The notes beneath the pieces are model-generated. The model worked only from the letters and a program-made list of their open reading frames with translations. It was not told where the DNA came from and made no database searches. DNA of 57,171 bases. Source: Planctomycetia bacterium (GTDB lineage: Bacteria; Planctomycetota; Planctomycetia; Pirellulales; PALSA-1355). Each line of letters begins with the position of its first letter. The stretch's first letter is position 1. The translations under genes were made by a program, and so were the position numbers. Below, in pieces: positions 17,111 to 25,873 of this stretch. The DNA is taken from the NCBI GenBank assembly GCA_031400775.1, contig JANNQN010000437.1, forward strand, positions 1 to 57,171, written 5' to 3'.

Positions 17111-18103
17111 TTACGCGGCTCGCGACTCGACCGCGCACATACGCGCCTGTGCTTCGTGCCACAAGCTGGAGATCGTAGAGCTCAGGTCGCCCGAGAAGAA
17201 GTAGCTTCGCCCGCCGTCGGCGACTGTTCGCACGAGAATCGTTTTCCAGGGGCGATAATAATATTGGGGATGATCCTTTGAAGGCGGTCCCTGGCGAAAG
17301 TTGGCAGGCAGCTCCACCAGGTCGAAGACGGCGGTCGTGAAATCGCGGATCGTCGTGCCTTGCTGGGCGGCGACGTTGCGGGCCATCGATAGCGCCTTCA
17401 GATACACCTCCGGACCGGTGACCGCCGAGCCGACGTTGAGGAACACTCCGCCTTCCAGACCGGCAATGCTGTGGGCGAAGATCAAAAAATCGGTATAGCT
17501 GGCCGCTCCCAGCGCCGCGCCGTCGCAGTTGGCGTGCGCGTGGATGATGTCGCTGCCGATGCCGACGTGGGACGTGACCGGCACTCCCATCCGCCAGCCG
17601 GCCGCCGCGATGCTCAAATGCCGAAACGCGAATTGCTGGGTTTCAATGACGCGGCCGACCGCTTCGCCCAATCCCTCGCCGCGGTTGGCGGCGGAGAAGA
17701 TAACGTCGTTCAAGCGGCTCGTCTCGCGCCACAACCCGAACTGGCCGCGCTGGATCCACTTCGAGACGTTCTCGCTGGTGCCGCCGCTCAGGGCCAGCTC
17801 GAAATCGTGAATGATGCCCGCGCCGTTGGTCGCCAGGTGCGTAATGATTCCGCGCTCGATCAGATCGATCAGGTATCGAGATAGTCCCAGCTTGATGGCA
17901 TGTCCTCCCATCATCAATACGACCGGCCGCTGCCGCCGGCGGGCGTCGACCATGTGTTGGACCAGGTCAAAAAACTCGGGATGCGCGTATTTTTTGAAGC
18001 CGGCCGAAAGCGGCTTGCAATCGGATGCTTTCAGGTCGTGTCCTCGCTCGCGCAGATCCGCAAGCGCGATCTGTCGGCGATCGAAAAGCGGATAGCGGCT
18101 CAT
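17111..18103 (-). CDS. uncharacterised protein with deoxyhypusine-synthase-like core
   Basis: 330-aa ORF. VVLMMGGHAIKLGLSRYLIDLIERGIITHLATNGAGIIHDFELALSG aligns by eye with VILCLAGSLVSAGLKQVFVDMVRNRMVDAIVSTGANIVDQDFFEGLG of the DHS homologue at 6104..7162. Confidence 0.55.
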   Translation of the reverse strand: MSRYPLFDRRQIALADLRERGHDLKASDCKPLSAGFKKYAHPEFFDLVQHMVDARRRQRPVVLMMGGHAIKLGLSRYLIDLIERGIITHLATNGAGIIHDFELALSGGTSENVSKWIQRGQFGLWRETSRLNDVIFSAANRGEGLGEAVGRVIETQQFAFRHLSIAAAGWRMGVPVTSHVGIGSDIIHAHANCDGAALGAASYTDFLIFAHSIAGLEGGVFLNVGSAVTGPEVYLKALSMARNVAAQQGTTIRDFTTAVFDLVELPANFRQGPPSKDHPQYYYRPWKTILVRTVADGGRSYFFSGDLSSTISSLWHEAQARMCAVESRAA

Positions 18104-18134
18104 CGACGGTTCGCTCCTTTAAGCGGCTTGTTCC

Positions 18135-19232
18135 CTAAGCTGCCTGTTCCGGTCGGTGCTTACTAAGACTGTCGGTGGCGGTCCGTCCGCTCGTGCCACC
18201 TTGGGCGTATTGCAGGTTGGCGGCGAGCACCTGCTCGATGCGAATTCTGGACATCACGGCCGTGCCGCGACGGGGCGGAACGCGCGGGTCCTCGCCCTTC
18301 AGGTAGGGGGCCACCAGGATCGTGTGATTCTCACCCAGCGGGCGCCACTTGGCCGGCACGTGTGCCGGATGCGGACTGAACAGCGCCACCACCGGAGTTC
18401 CCAACAAGCCGGCCATGTGCATCGGACCCGTGCTGGAAACAGTTAGCACCGTTTGCCGGGCCAGTGCTGCCGCCAATTCGAGTAGTTCGAAGTCGCTGTA
18501 AAACGCCACGCGATTGCGCACATGCTGCGGCAACTGGCCACGGATCCAATCCAACAGTGTGCGCTCCGACTGATTGCCGGTGACCATCACGCGACCATGT
18601 TGCGCCAGGCGGGCAACGAGCTGGGCGTAGTGCGAAGGGGGCCAGTTATAGGCGCTGTGGTTGTTGCCCGGATGCACTCCAAAAAGTGGTCCGCGGTTGC
18701 CCAGGTCGTGCTCGATGCGGGTTGCGACGCGCTCATGCGTGGCGGCGTCGACTTCGAGCTTCGGCAGAAGGCCGTTCATGTCCGTATTTCCGCCCAGGCG
18801 GCGGACAAAAGCCAGGGCGAAGTCCGATTCGTGAATCGGCGGATGGCTGCGGCGCACCGCCACGCGCCGGTTGCCCGTCAGGAAACCAATCGGCTTATAG
18901 GCCCAGCACACGCGCTGGGGAATGCGGGCCAGCCAAACCGCCAGGCAATTCCGCGTGTTGGTGCTGAACAGCAGGGCGGCGTCGAACCGCATGGCCTTCA
19001 GTCGGACGGCTAGCGCACGGGCCTTTTCCTTGCGATCGACCACCAGCAGCTCGTCCAGGCCGCGAGCGGCTGCAAGTAGCGGCGCGGCGTAGGGGCTGAC
19101 CAGCGCCGCCAGGTGCGCCTGCGGCCAGTGCCGCCGCGCAGCTTCGAAGGCCGGCATCGTCAGCACCAGGTCGCCAATGCGATCGTTGCGCACCAACAAG
19201 ATTCGCCGCAGGTCGTCGTTCTTGTTTGCCAA
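18135..19232 (-). CDS. glycosyltransferase family 9 (LPS heptosyltransferase-like)
   Basis: 365-aa ORF. RILLVRNDRIGDLVLTMPAFEAARRHWP and VSSTGPMHMAGLLGTPVVALFSP are GT9 signatures. Confidence 0.85.
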   Translation of the reverse strand: MANKNDDLRRILLVRNDRIGDLVLTMPAFEAARRHWPQAHLAALVSPYAAPLLAAARGLDELLVVDRKEKARALAVRLKAMRFDAALLFSTNTRNCLAVWLARIPQRVCWAYKPIGFLTGNRRVAVRRSHPPIHESDFALAFVRRLGGNTDMNGLLPKLEVDAATHERVATRIEHDLGNRGPLFGVHPGNNHSAYNWPPSHYAQLVARLAQHGRVMVTGNQSERTLLDWIRGQLPQHVRNRVAFYSDFELLELAAALARQTVLTVSSTGPMHMAGLLGTPVVALFSPHPAHVPAKWRPLGENHTILVAPYLKGEDPRVPPRRGTAVMSRIRIEQVLAANLQYAQGGTSGRTATDSLSKHRPEQAA

Positions 19233-19291
19233 AAAAACCTCTGTTCTTGCAAGCGTCGTGGGCGGCCAGTCGGCCGCGTTTTTCTCGCGCC

Positions 19292-20107
19292 TTATGCGGC
19301 CTTCCGCTCAGTCTGCCCGCGTTCGCGAATCTCGGGGTCGGGTTGGGGCCGAGCGTGCTCCAGCTCCCACAATCGTATTTCCTTGACGAACGACGACATT
19401 CCGGTCAGCGCGCTGATCTGCAGGCCAACCAGCCCGTCGAGAAAGCCGAGCCGCACGATGTAGCAGTGCAAGAACCGCAGCGGCGGGCTGAGCAGCATCC
19501 GCACAAAGCTCGCCCGCCGGCCGGCGGCGTGCTTGGCTTCCGCGCTCTGAACGGTGTAACGTTTCAATTTTTGAAAATACTGGTCGTAGGTCCAATAGGT
19601 GAAGTGCTCGAGCCGCGCCCGCAACCGTCCGGCGCTGCCCGGCGCGACGCAGATCTCGGCATGATCGCTTTCGCCCACGTAGCTGCCCGAATCGCGACGG
19701 AACAACCGCAGCACCTTATCCGAACCCCAGCCGCCGTGGCGAACGCGGTGCCCCAAAAAATAGTTGGTCCGATAAATGTGATAGCCATCGTGGCGGGGCA
19801 CCTCTTTCAAGAGGGATCCGATCTCCACCGCCAGCGGCACGGACACCCGTTCGTCGGCATCGACGATGAGCACCCAGGAATGCGCGGCCTGCGGGATGGC
19901 CCAATTCTTGAAGTTGCCGGAGTTGACGTACTCCCGCTCGATGATCCGACAGCCGCCGATCTCGCGCACGATATCCAGCGTGCCGTCGGTCGAGCCTGAA
20001 TCGGCAACGATTACCTCGTCGGCCACCAGTTTGACCGAGGCGATGCAAGGACGGATGTTCTTCCGCTCGTTCTTGCAGGGGATGATGACAGTGAGTTTTT
20101 GTTTCAC
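19292..20107 (-). CDS. glycosyltransferase family 2
   Basis: The ORF is 19292..20275. The likely start is the GTG at 20107 (VKQKLTVIIPCKNE), 44 nt after the hldE stop. IIPCKNE, VADSGSTDGT and IVDADE (DxD) are present. Confidence 0.85.
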   Translation of the reverse strand: MKQKLTVIIPCKNERKNIRPCIASVKLVADEVIVADSGSTDGTLDIVREIGGCRIIEREYVNSGNFKNWAIPQAAHSWVLIVDADERVSVPLAVEIGSLLKEVPRHDGYHIYRTNYFLGHRVRHGGWGSDKVLRLFRRDSGSYVGESDHAEICVAPGSAGRLRARLEHFTYWTYDQYFQKLKRYTVQSAEAKHAAGRRASFVRMLLSPPLRFLHCYIVRLGFLDGLVGLQISALTGMSSFVKEIRLWELEHARPQPDPEIRERGQTERKAA

Positions 20108-20151
20108 GGCGATCGAGCCTGGCTTGCCTGGGGGCCTTGTCGAGAAAGAAG

Positions 20152-21687
20152 TCAACTCGCTCGCCGGAATTGGGCCGCCTGGTCGGACCGTTGCACAACG
20201 CCCGTCGTTTCGCCGCGGGCGAGCGAGGCCAGAATGTTCGTCGTCGAGATTCCCTCGACCACCGAGGTCACGCACACGGTGCCGCCGTAGCTCTCGACGA
20301 TCTCGTGGCCTACGATCTCGCTGGGCGCGTAGGTTCCGCCTTTGACCAGCACGTCGGGGCGAATGGCGTGCAGCAGCGAGTGCGGGGTGTCTTCATCGAA
20401 AATGACGACATGTTGCACGCAAGCCAGAGCCGCCAGCATGGCCGCGCGATCGGCTTCGGTAATCGCGGGGCGGCCGGCTCCTTTGAGCTTTCGCACGCTG
20501 GCGTCGCTGTTGACGCCCACCACGAGCACGTCTCCCAGCCGGGCCGCTTCGCACAAGTAGGCCACGTGGCCCACGTGCAGCAGGTCGAAGCAGCCGTTTG
20601 TGAAAACCACCTTCTCGCCTCGCCGCCGATATTCGGCCGCCAGGGTGGCGGCGTGCTCGAGCGTGACTATTTTGCGCACCGGGGCGTTGCGATTCAGCAT
20701 CAGCTCGCTGCGGATTTCGTCGCGATAGATGGCCGCCACGCCGGTCCGTTCCACTTCCAGTCCCGCGGCGACGTTGGCCAGCCGCACTGCGTCCGACGGG
20801 CTTGCGCCGCCGGCCAGGCACAGGCCGATCATGGCGATCACCATGTCGCCAGCGCCGGTAATGTCGTACACGGCCCGCGCGTTGGTCGGAAAGGCTTCGC
20901 CGGTTCCGTCGCGAGCGACCAGGATCATGCCATCGCGGTCCAGCGTGATCAGGGCCATGCGGGCGTCGAGATCGCGGCACAGTTCGCTACCGGCGGCGAC
21001 CGCATCGGCCGGTTTGACGATCTTGCGGCGCGTGGCCAGTTCCGCTTCCACGCGATTGGGCTTGATCAACGTCGCGCCGCGATAGTGCTCAAGCGCGCCA
21101 GTGCGACTGGGATCAACCAGCACGGGCACGCCCGCCCGATTGGCCGCCTCGATCGAGGCCTTCAGCAATCGCGGCGTGCAGACGCCTTTGCCGTAGTCGG
21201 AGATGACCAGCGCGTCGTGTCGCGGAACCTGGGCCGCGAGACGTTCAGCCAATCGCGACTCGAGCGCCGGGCTCAGTGGTTCGCAACTTTCGCGATCGAC
21301 GCGCAGAATTTGATTCGGGTGGCGGCTGCCGGCCCGGCCGATGAATCGCTCCTTGAGCGACGTGGGCCGATCCGGGTCGTTTACGATTGCGTCGCAGTCC
21401 ACCTTGGCCGCCAGCAACAACTGCCGAAGCTCTTCGCCGGCGCCATCGTCGCCCACCACTCCGCAGCATGAGACCGTCGCTTCCAGCGCCGCTAACATGT
21501 TGGCGACGTTCGCGGCTCCGCCCGGTCGCGCTTCGCTGCGATCGGCCTGCAAGACGATCACCGGCGCTTCCTGGCTGATGCGCTCGGCGTTGCCCCAGGT
21601 GTAACGATCGAGAATCAGATCGCCCAGCACCAGCACCTTGGGCTGCCGAATGCGCTCCAGCACGGCGACGAGATCGTTCGAACTCAT
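20152..21687 (-). CDS. hldE: bifunctional D-beta-D-heptose 7-phosphate kinase / D-beta-D-heptose 1-phosphate adenylyltransferase
   Basis: The ORF is 20152..21786, with a likely start at the ATG at 21687 (MSSNDLVAVLE). The N-terminal half is ribokinase-like (VLVLGDLILDRY, ITGAGDMVIA). The C-terminal half is a cytidylyltransferase (VVFTNGCFDLLHVGHVAYL). Confidence 0.92.
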   Translation of the reverse strand: MSSNDLVAVLERIRQPKVLVLGDLILDRYTWGNAERISQEAPVIVLQADRSEARPGGAANVANMLAALEATVSCCGVVGDDGAGEELRQLLLAAKVDCDAIVNDPDRPTSLKERFIGRAGSRHPNQILRVDRESCEPLSPALESRLAERLAAQVPRHDALVISDYGKGVCTPRLLKASIEAANRAGVPVLVDPSRTGALEHYRGATLIKPNRVEAELATRRKIVKPADAVAAGSELCRDLDARMALITLDRDGMILVARDGTGEAFPTNARAVYDITGAGDMVIAMIGLCLAGGASPSDAVRLANVAAGLEVERTGVAAIYRDEIRSELMLNRNAPVRKIVTLEHAATLAAEYRRRGEKVVFTNGCFDLLHVGHVAYLCEAARLGDVLVVGVNSDASVRKLKGAGRPAITEADRAAMLAALACVQHVVIFDEDTPHSLLHAIRPDVLVKGGTYAPSEIVGHEIVESYGGTVCVTSVVEGISTTNILASLARGETTGVVQRSDQAAQFRRAS

Positions 21688-21842
21688 AAGACTTCCATGT
21701 CCGTTTGAGCGAGCAGGCGCGCCTTGAGAGCTCGGCGTGGTCCAACCAGCCGATTCCAGCACCGGCGCGGGGGCCGAGAGTCCCAAGCGGCGAGAATTAT
21801 CGACGAGCCAGCCGTGACCGGCAATAGGGATTCGGAGGGAGT

Positions 21843-21867
21843 GGGGGCTGGGGGCTGGGGGTTGGGG
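21843..21867 (+). repeat. G-quadruplex-type tract GGGGG-CT-GGGGG-CT-GGGGG-TT-GGGG, a (CTGGGG)n hexamer repeat
   Basis: Read directly: G runs at 21843-47, 21850-54, 21857-61 and 21864-67, separated by 2-nt loops. It lies in the 252-nt gap between the GT2 stop (21940) and the hldE start (21687). Confidence 0.7.
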
Positions 21868-21900
21868 ACAAGAAATCGCAGCCGAAGTTGTTGGTCTTCA

Positions 21901-21941
21901 CTCCTGCCTCCAGTCTCCAGCCTCCCACCTCCGGCCTCCTC
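21901..21941 (+). repeat. C-rich degenerate (CTCCAG)n tract, imperfect complement of the G tract 35 nt upstream
   Basis: The sequence is ctcctgcctccagtctccagcctcccacctccggcctcctc. Its reverse complement (..tgggaggctggagactggagg..) is a degenerate copy of the tgggggctgggggctggggg tract. Confidence 0.6.
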
Positions 21942-23127
21942 ACGCCACTGCCGCCAGGGCCTGATCGAAATCGTCCAGGGCAAAGAGCGCGCGGCGATCG
22001 AAGTTGGCGGCGGCTTGGGGGGCGATCATCAGGTGCGCGTGGCGCGCCAGCGGCGAGTGCGCCGCCTGGGGCTCGAGGGCCACCAGCACGTTGCAGTCGG
22101 CCTGGCCACTAAAGCGGCCCTTGCCCGGCAGAAACAGGATCTCCACTTCCGCCTTGGCGTTTTGGCTTGAACCGAACCGGCCTTGCGTGAACTGCGAAGC
22201 CAGCCGGGGTAGCGACGTGCTGCCCACGACGCGAATCGCAAGGTCCTGCAAATCGCGCTTGGCCAGCCCGTTGCGGCATCGCGTTAGTCGCCCCTTGCGC
22301 TGGTAGTATTCGACGTTCGCTCCTTGCTTCCACTGGGCCGGCGCCGTCACGTCGACCGGGTGCCAGAGGTGATAGGTGTGCGTCCAGCGCAGGATCGATT
22401 CGATGACGATGCCCGCGCGGCGCAAGCGGCGGCGCAGGTCGTCGTCTTCACAACCCCAGCCCTGAAAATTCTCGTCGTAGCCGTTCACCCGTTCGAAGTC
22501 CGACCGCCAGATCCCGACGTTGTTGCCGATCAACTTCGGCTTGGTCGGATGGCGGATGAAGCGATAGAACCGCGAAGCACGGTCGAGTTTTCGCAGCCGC
22601 GCTAGCTCGCTGGCCGGAGCCCAGGCGGCCAGTTCTCCGCTCCGCACGGCCTCGGGCGTTACGCGGCGCGACGTTTCCTCGTCCAGCCGGCAGAAATCGC
22701 CGGCCATCACGGTGCCCGGCTTGCGTCGCTCAAGGTGGATCCGCACGTGGTCGCGCGGCAGCACGCAGTCGCCGTCGAGAAACAGCATGTAGGGCGCGCG
22801 GCTGGCCCGAACGCCTTCGTTGCGACAGCGGGCCAGTTGAAACGTGGTATGTGGGTGGGTCGTGAAGCCGACTTCAAACGGCACACTAGCCGCGAACTGC
22901 CGCACGATCTGGGGTGTCTCGTCGGTCGAGCCGTCGTCGGTAATCACTAGCTGCATGCGACCGTCCACGCCTTCCTGCAGGGCAATCGACTCCAGCGCCC
23001 GGCGCAAGTGCGTGGGTCGCTGGTAGGTGGACATTAGCAAGGCAATCTCGGGCGGGCGCATGCGTCGCAAGATAGCTGCCGCCGCCCGGTTCGACCAATA
23101 CCATTCAACCGCCGCGTGCCTGATCAA
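21940..23127 (-). CDS. glycosyltransferase family 2
   Basis: 395-aa ORF. An alternative ATG at 23061 (MRPPEIALLMSTYQRP) would remove the 23-nt overlap with lpxK. LMSTYQRP, VITDDGSTDET, FLDGDC (DxD) and WGCEDDDL are present. Confidence 0.85.
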   Translation of the reverse strand: MIRHAAVEWYWSNRAAAAILRRMRPPEIALLMSTYQRPTHLRRALESIALQEGVDGRMQLVITDDGSTDETPQIVRQFAASVPFEVGFTTHPHTTFQLARCRNEGVRASRAPYMLFLDGDCVLPRDHVRIHLERRKPGTVMAGDFCRLDEETSRRVTPEAVRSGELAAWAPASELARLRKLDRASRFYRFIRHPTKPKLIGNNVGIWRSDFERVNGYDENFQGWGCEDDDLRRRLRRAGIVIESILRWTHTYHLWHPVDVTAPAQWKQGANVEYYQRKGRLTRCRNGLAKRDLQDLAIRVVGSTSLPRLASQFTQGRFGSSQNAKAEVEILFLPGKGRFSGQADCNVLVALEPQAAHSPLARHAHLMIAPQAAANFDRRALFALDDFDQALAAVA

Positions 23128-24169
23128 CCATGCGCTGCAAGCATGCCTCGAGTTCGCCTTGGCCGGCTACGATCTGCAAGCGGCTCTCCAGCGCGCGCAA
23201 GGGAGTGTTGCCCGGCCAGCGGGAGCCGATTTTCACCAGGTCTTTGGATGTGCAAATGGCACTGGAAACTTCGAGGGAATCAACCCACTTTGCCAGCGCC
23301 GCCACTTCGCCCGCCGGATAAGAGAAATGATCGGGCAACTCGCGCATTGCCACGACATGGTATCCGCACTGCACGAGCGAATGCCGAAAAGCGGCCGGAT
23401 TGCCAATCCCGCAAAAGGCGGCCACGCGCCGGCCGGTCAGTTCCGCAGTGTTTCGCTCTTGGCAATCGGCGCTGGCGAGCGCCCGTGGCGGATACGTGGC
23501 CTCGACCCAGGTGGCCGCCGGCGCGTAGCGCGCGAAATGGCTGCGAATTTCGGCCCGCTGGCTCGCGTCAACCAGATCGCTCCGCGTGAGGATCGCCACC
23601 TGGGCCCGTTGCCAACCGGCCAGCGGTTCGCGCAGCGTGCCGCGCGGAAAGACATGGCCGAAACCCAGTGGCTCCAGCGCGTCGATCAACACGATGTCCA
23701 GGTCGCGGTGAATGCGGCGATGCTGAAACGCATCGTCGAGCACGATCAACTGGCAATCGAACTCGGCGATGGCCCGCCGCGCGCCGCGCACCCGATCGGC
23801 ATCCAGCACGTGCGGCACGCCCGGCAGTTTCTGAGCCAGTTCAAGTGACTCGTCGTTCGCTTCGCCGGCCGCCGCACCGTATCCGCGACTGACCAGTGCT
23901 ACCCGCAGTCCGCGCTCGGCGAACCACCGGACCAGCCATTCGACCGCCGGCGTTTTGCCCGTTCCGCCCAGCGTGATATTGCCCACGCTGACAACCGGCA
24001 CGCCGACTTTGCTGATCGCCGCTCGGCCGGTGTCGTAGCGCCAATTGCGCACGCGGACCGCCGCCGTGTAGGGCCATTCGAGCAGTCGCAGGCACCCTCG
24101 CGCCAGCATTGCCATCGGCCCGCGGGCGCGGCCGCTTACCAGCTCGCGAAAATTAAACGGACCAGGCAA
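23105..24169 (-). CDS. lpxK: tetraacyldisaccharide 4'-kinase
   Basis: 354-aa ORF. VVSVGNITLGGTGKTPAVEWL (P-loop), SRGYG and ILDDAFQHRR blocks are typical of LpxK. Confidence 0.9.
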   Translation of the reverse strand: MPGPFNFRELVSGRARGPMAMLARGCLRLLEWPYTAAVRVRNWRYDTGRAAISKVGVPVVSVGNITLGGTGKTPAVEWLVRWFAERGLRVALVSRGYGAAAGEANDESLELAQKLPGVPHVLDADRVRGARRAIAEFDCQLIVLDDAFQHRRIHRDLDIVLIDALEPLGFGHVFPRGTLREPLAGWQRAQVAILTRSDLVDASQRAEIRSHFARYAPAATWVEATYPPRALASADCQERNTAELTGRRVAAFCGIGNPAAFRHSLVQCGYHVVAMRELPDHFSYPAGEVAALAKWVDSLEVSSAICTSKDLVKIGSRWPGNTPLRALESRLQIVAGQGELEACLQRMVDQARGG

Positions 24170-24211
24170 GATTCGACGACCATTTGGTAAAGGCGACGAT
24201 TTGCGTCCGCT

Positions 24212-25306
24212 TCACAGCTTTTTGCAGATGGCCTCGGCCATTTCGCGGGTTCCCACCGCGGTCGGGTCGTTGCGATCGGCCTTCAGATCGTAGGTCACGC
24301 TCTTGCCCTCGACGATGACCGCCGCCACGGCCGCTTCGAGTCGCTTGGCAGCATTTTCTTCGCCCAGGTACTTGAGCATCAGCATGCCCGAGAGAATCAA
24401 GGCCGTCGGATTGACCTTGTTCAGGCCCTTGTATTTCGGAGCGCTGCCGTGCGTGGCCTCGAACACCGCGCCGTCCGGGCCAATATTGGCGCCGGGGGCC
24501 ACGCCCAGCCCGCCGACCAGGCCGGCCGCCAGGTCGCTCAGAATGTCGCCGTATAAATTCGACAGAACGAGCACGTCGTACAACTCGGGCTTCTGCACCA
24601 ACTGCATGCACATATTATCGACGATGCGATCTTCGAACTCGATGTTCGGATAGCCTTTGGCCACCTCGCGCGCCACTTCCAGCCACAGGCCGTCGGTGTG
24701 CTTCATGATGTTGGCCTTGTGAACGCACGTGACTTTGCGGCGGCCATTGTCCACCGCGTAGTCAAACGCGCACTTCACGATCTGCCGCGTGCCGTGCACG
24801 CTGATCGGCTTGATCGAAATGCCGGTCTCGTTGGCGGCCGACTTGACGCGTCTGTCCGGAGAAAGTTTGTTGATGAACTCGATCAGTTCGAGGGTTTCTT
24901 TCTTGCCGCGCTCGAATTCGATTCCCGCGTACAGATCTTCGGTGTTCTCGCGCACGATCACCAGGTCGACCGGCACGGAGTTGAAGAACGTCCGCACGCC
25001 CGGATATTGCTTGCAGGGGCGGATGCAAGCGAACAGGCCCAGGGCCTGTCGCAGGTGGACGTTGATGCTGCGAAAGCCGGTCCCGATCGGCGTGGTGATG
25101 GGGGCCTTGAGCGCGCACTTAGTGCGGCGCACGCTCTCGATGACCGCATCGGGCAGCGGCGTGCCGGTCCGCTCCATGACGTCGACGCCGGCCTCTTGCT
25201 CGTCCCAATTGATCTTCACGCCCGTGGCATCGACGCAGCGCTTGGCAGCCTGAGCTAGTTCGGGGCCCGTGCCGTCGCCGGTAATCAACGTAACGTCATG
25301 TGCCAT
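24212..25306 (-). CDS. icd: isocitrate dehydrogenase (isocitrate/isopropylmalate dehydrogenase family, ~40 kDa type)
   Basis: 364-aa [39 protein letters not shown] (IDH-type S-x-N substrate loop), [13 protein letters not shown] and NLYGDILSD are present. Confidence 0.85.
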   Translation of the reverse strand: MAHDVTLITGDGTGPELAQAAKRCVDATGVKINWDEQEAGVDVMERTGTPLPDAVIESVRRTKCALKAPITTPIGTGFRSINVHLRQALGLFACIRPCKQYPGVRTFFNSVPVDLVIVRENTEDLYAGIEFERGKKETLELIEFINKLSPDRRVKSAANETGISIKPISVHGTRQIVKCAFDYAVDNGRRKVTCVHKANIMKHTDGLWLEVAREVAKGYPNIEFEDRIVDNMCMQLVQKPELYDVLVLSNLYGDILSDLAAGLVGGLGVAPGANIGPDGAVFEATHGSAPKYKGLNKVNPTALILSGMLMLKYLGEENAAKRLEAAVAAVIVEGKSVTYDLKADRNDPTAVGTREMAEAICKKL

Positions 25307-25470
25307 TCTGGTGCTCGAAAGGAATTCCGACAGGGTAGGTATTCAGGCGGGCTTTTCCGCGGTTTTTGCAAGAACGTCAGGCTATCACAAGGCCGTCGGA
25401 GCGTCAACGCGGTGCAAATCTCGGCAGTGGGGCCATTTGAAATTCCCCACCTAGTTAGCTAGTAAGAATG

Positions 25471-25782
25471 TCAGGTAGCTCCTAACTCGACCCGCGATTC
25501 TCTTGCTGTCGGGTCCTCGGCTGGACCGTATCGCTTGATAACGTATCCGCCTGCGGAGAGGAGTGAAGAACGCAGTGTGGCAGCGATTGCGTCGAATAAG
25601 CGATCAGCGTCCGGTCCATACATAAACAACACACATTTCCCACCCCCAAACTCATCGCCATCGAACTCACCGACGCCAGCACGGTCGATTGCTTCTGCAA
25701 TCTCGTCTTCCAGGGCCTGAAAGTCGCTCACGTTTGCGCTTTCGGAAAATGGGAGATAAACGATTACCGCCTGTTCGCTCAT
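25471..25782 (-). CDS. hypothetical small acidic protein
   Basis: 103-aa ORF in a pocket of lower G+C (about 55% on one hand-counted line). It has no recognisable motif, and no competing ORF of comparable quality exists. Confidence 0.55.
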   Translation of the reverse strand: MSEQAVIVYLPFSESANVSDFQALEDEIAEAIDRAGVGEFDGDEFGGGKCVLFMYGPDADRLFDAIAATLRSSLLSAGGYVIKRYGPAEDPTARESRVELGAT

Positions 25783-25873
25783 CCAATGTTCTCCGTGAAA
25801 CGAGGCGATTTTATGCGAAGTTCCTCGACTTACTGCTCGAGGCCAGTAAGGTAAATTGATCGAGCTTCGCCGC

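Noticed and set aside
20137-21471. 444-aa ORF antisense to hldE, plus other long antisense ORFs (34983..36212, 45881..46864, 53109..53978, 55832..56809)
   Set aside because: All lie opposite genes with clear family motifs. All have the Arg/Gly/Ala/His-rich composition of GC-rich antisense frames.
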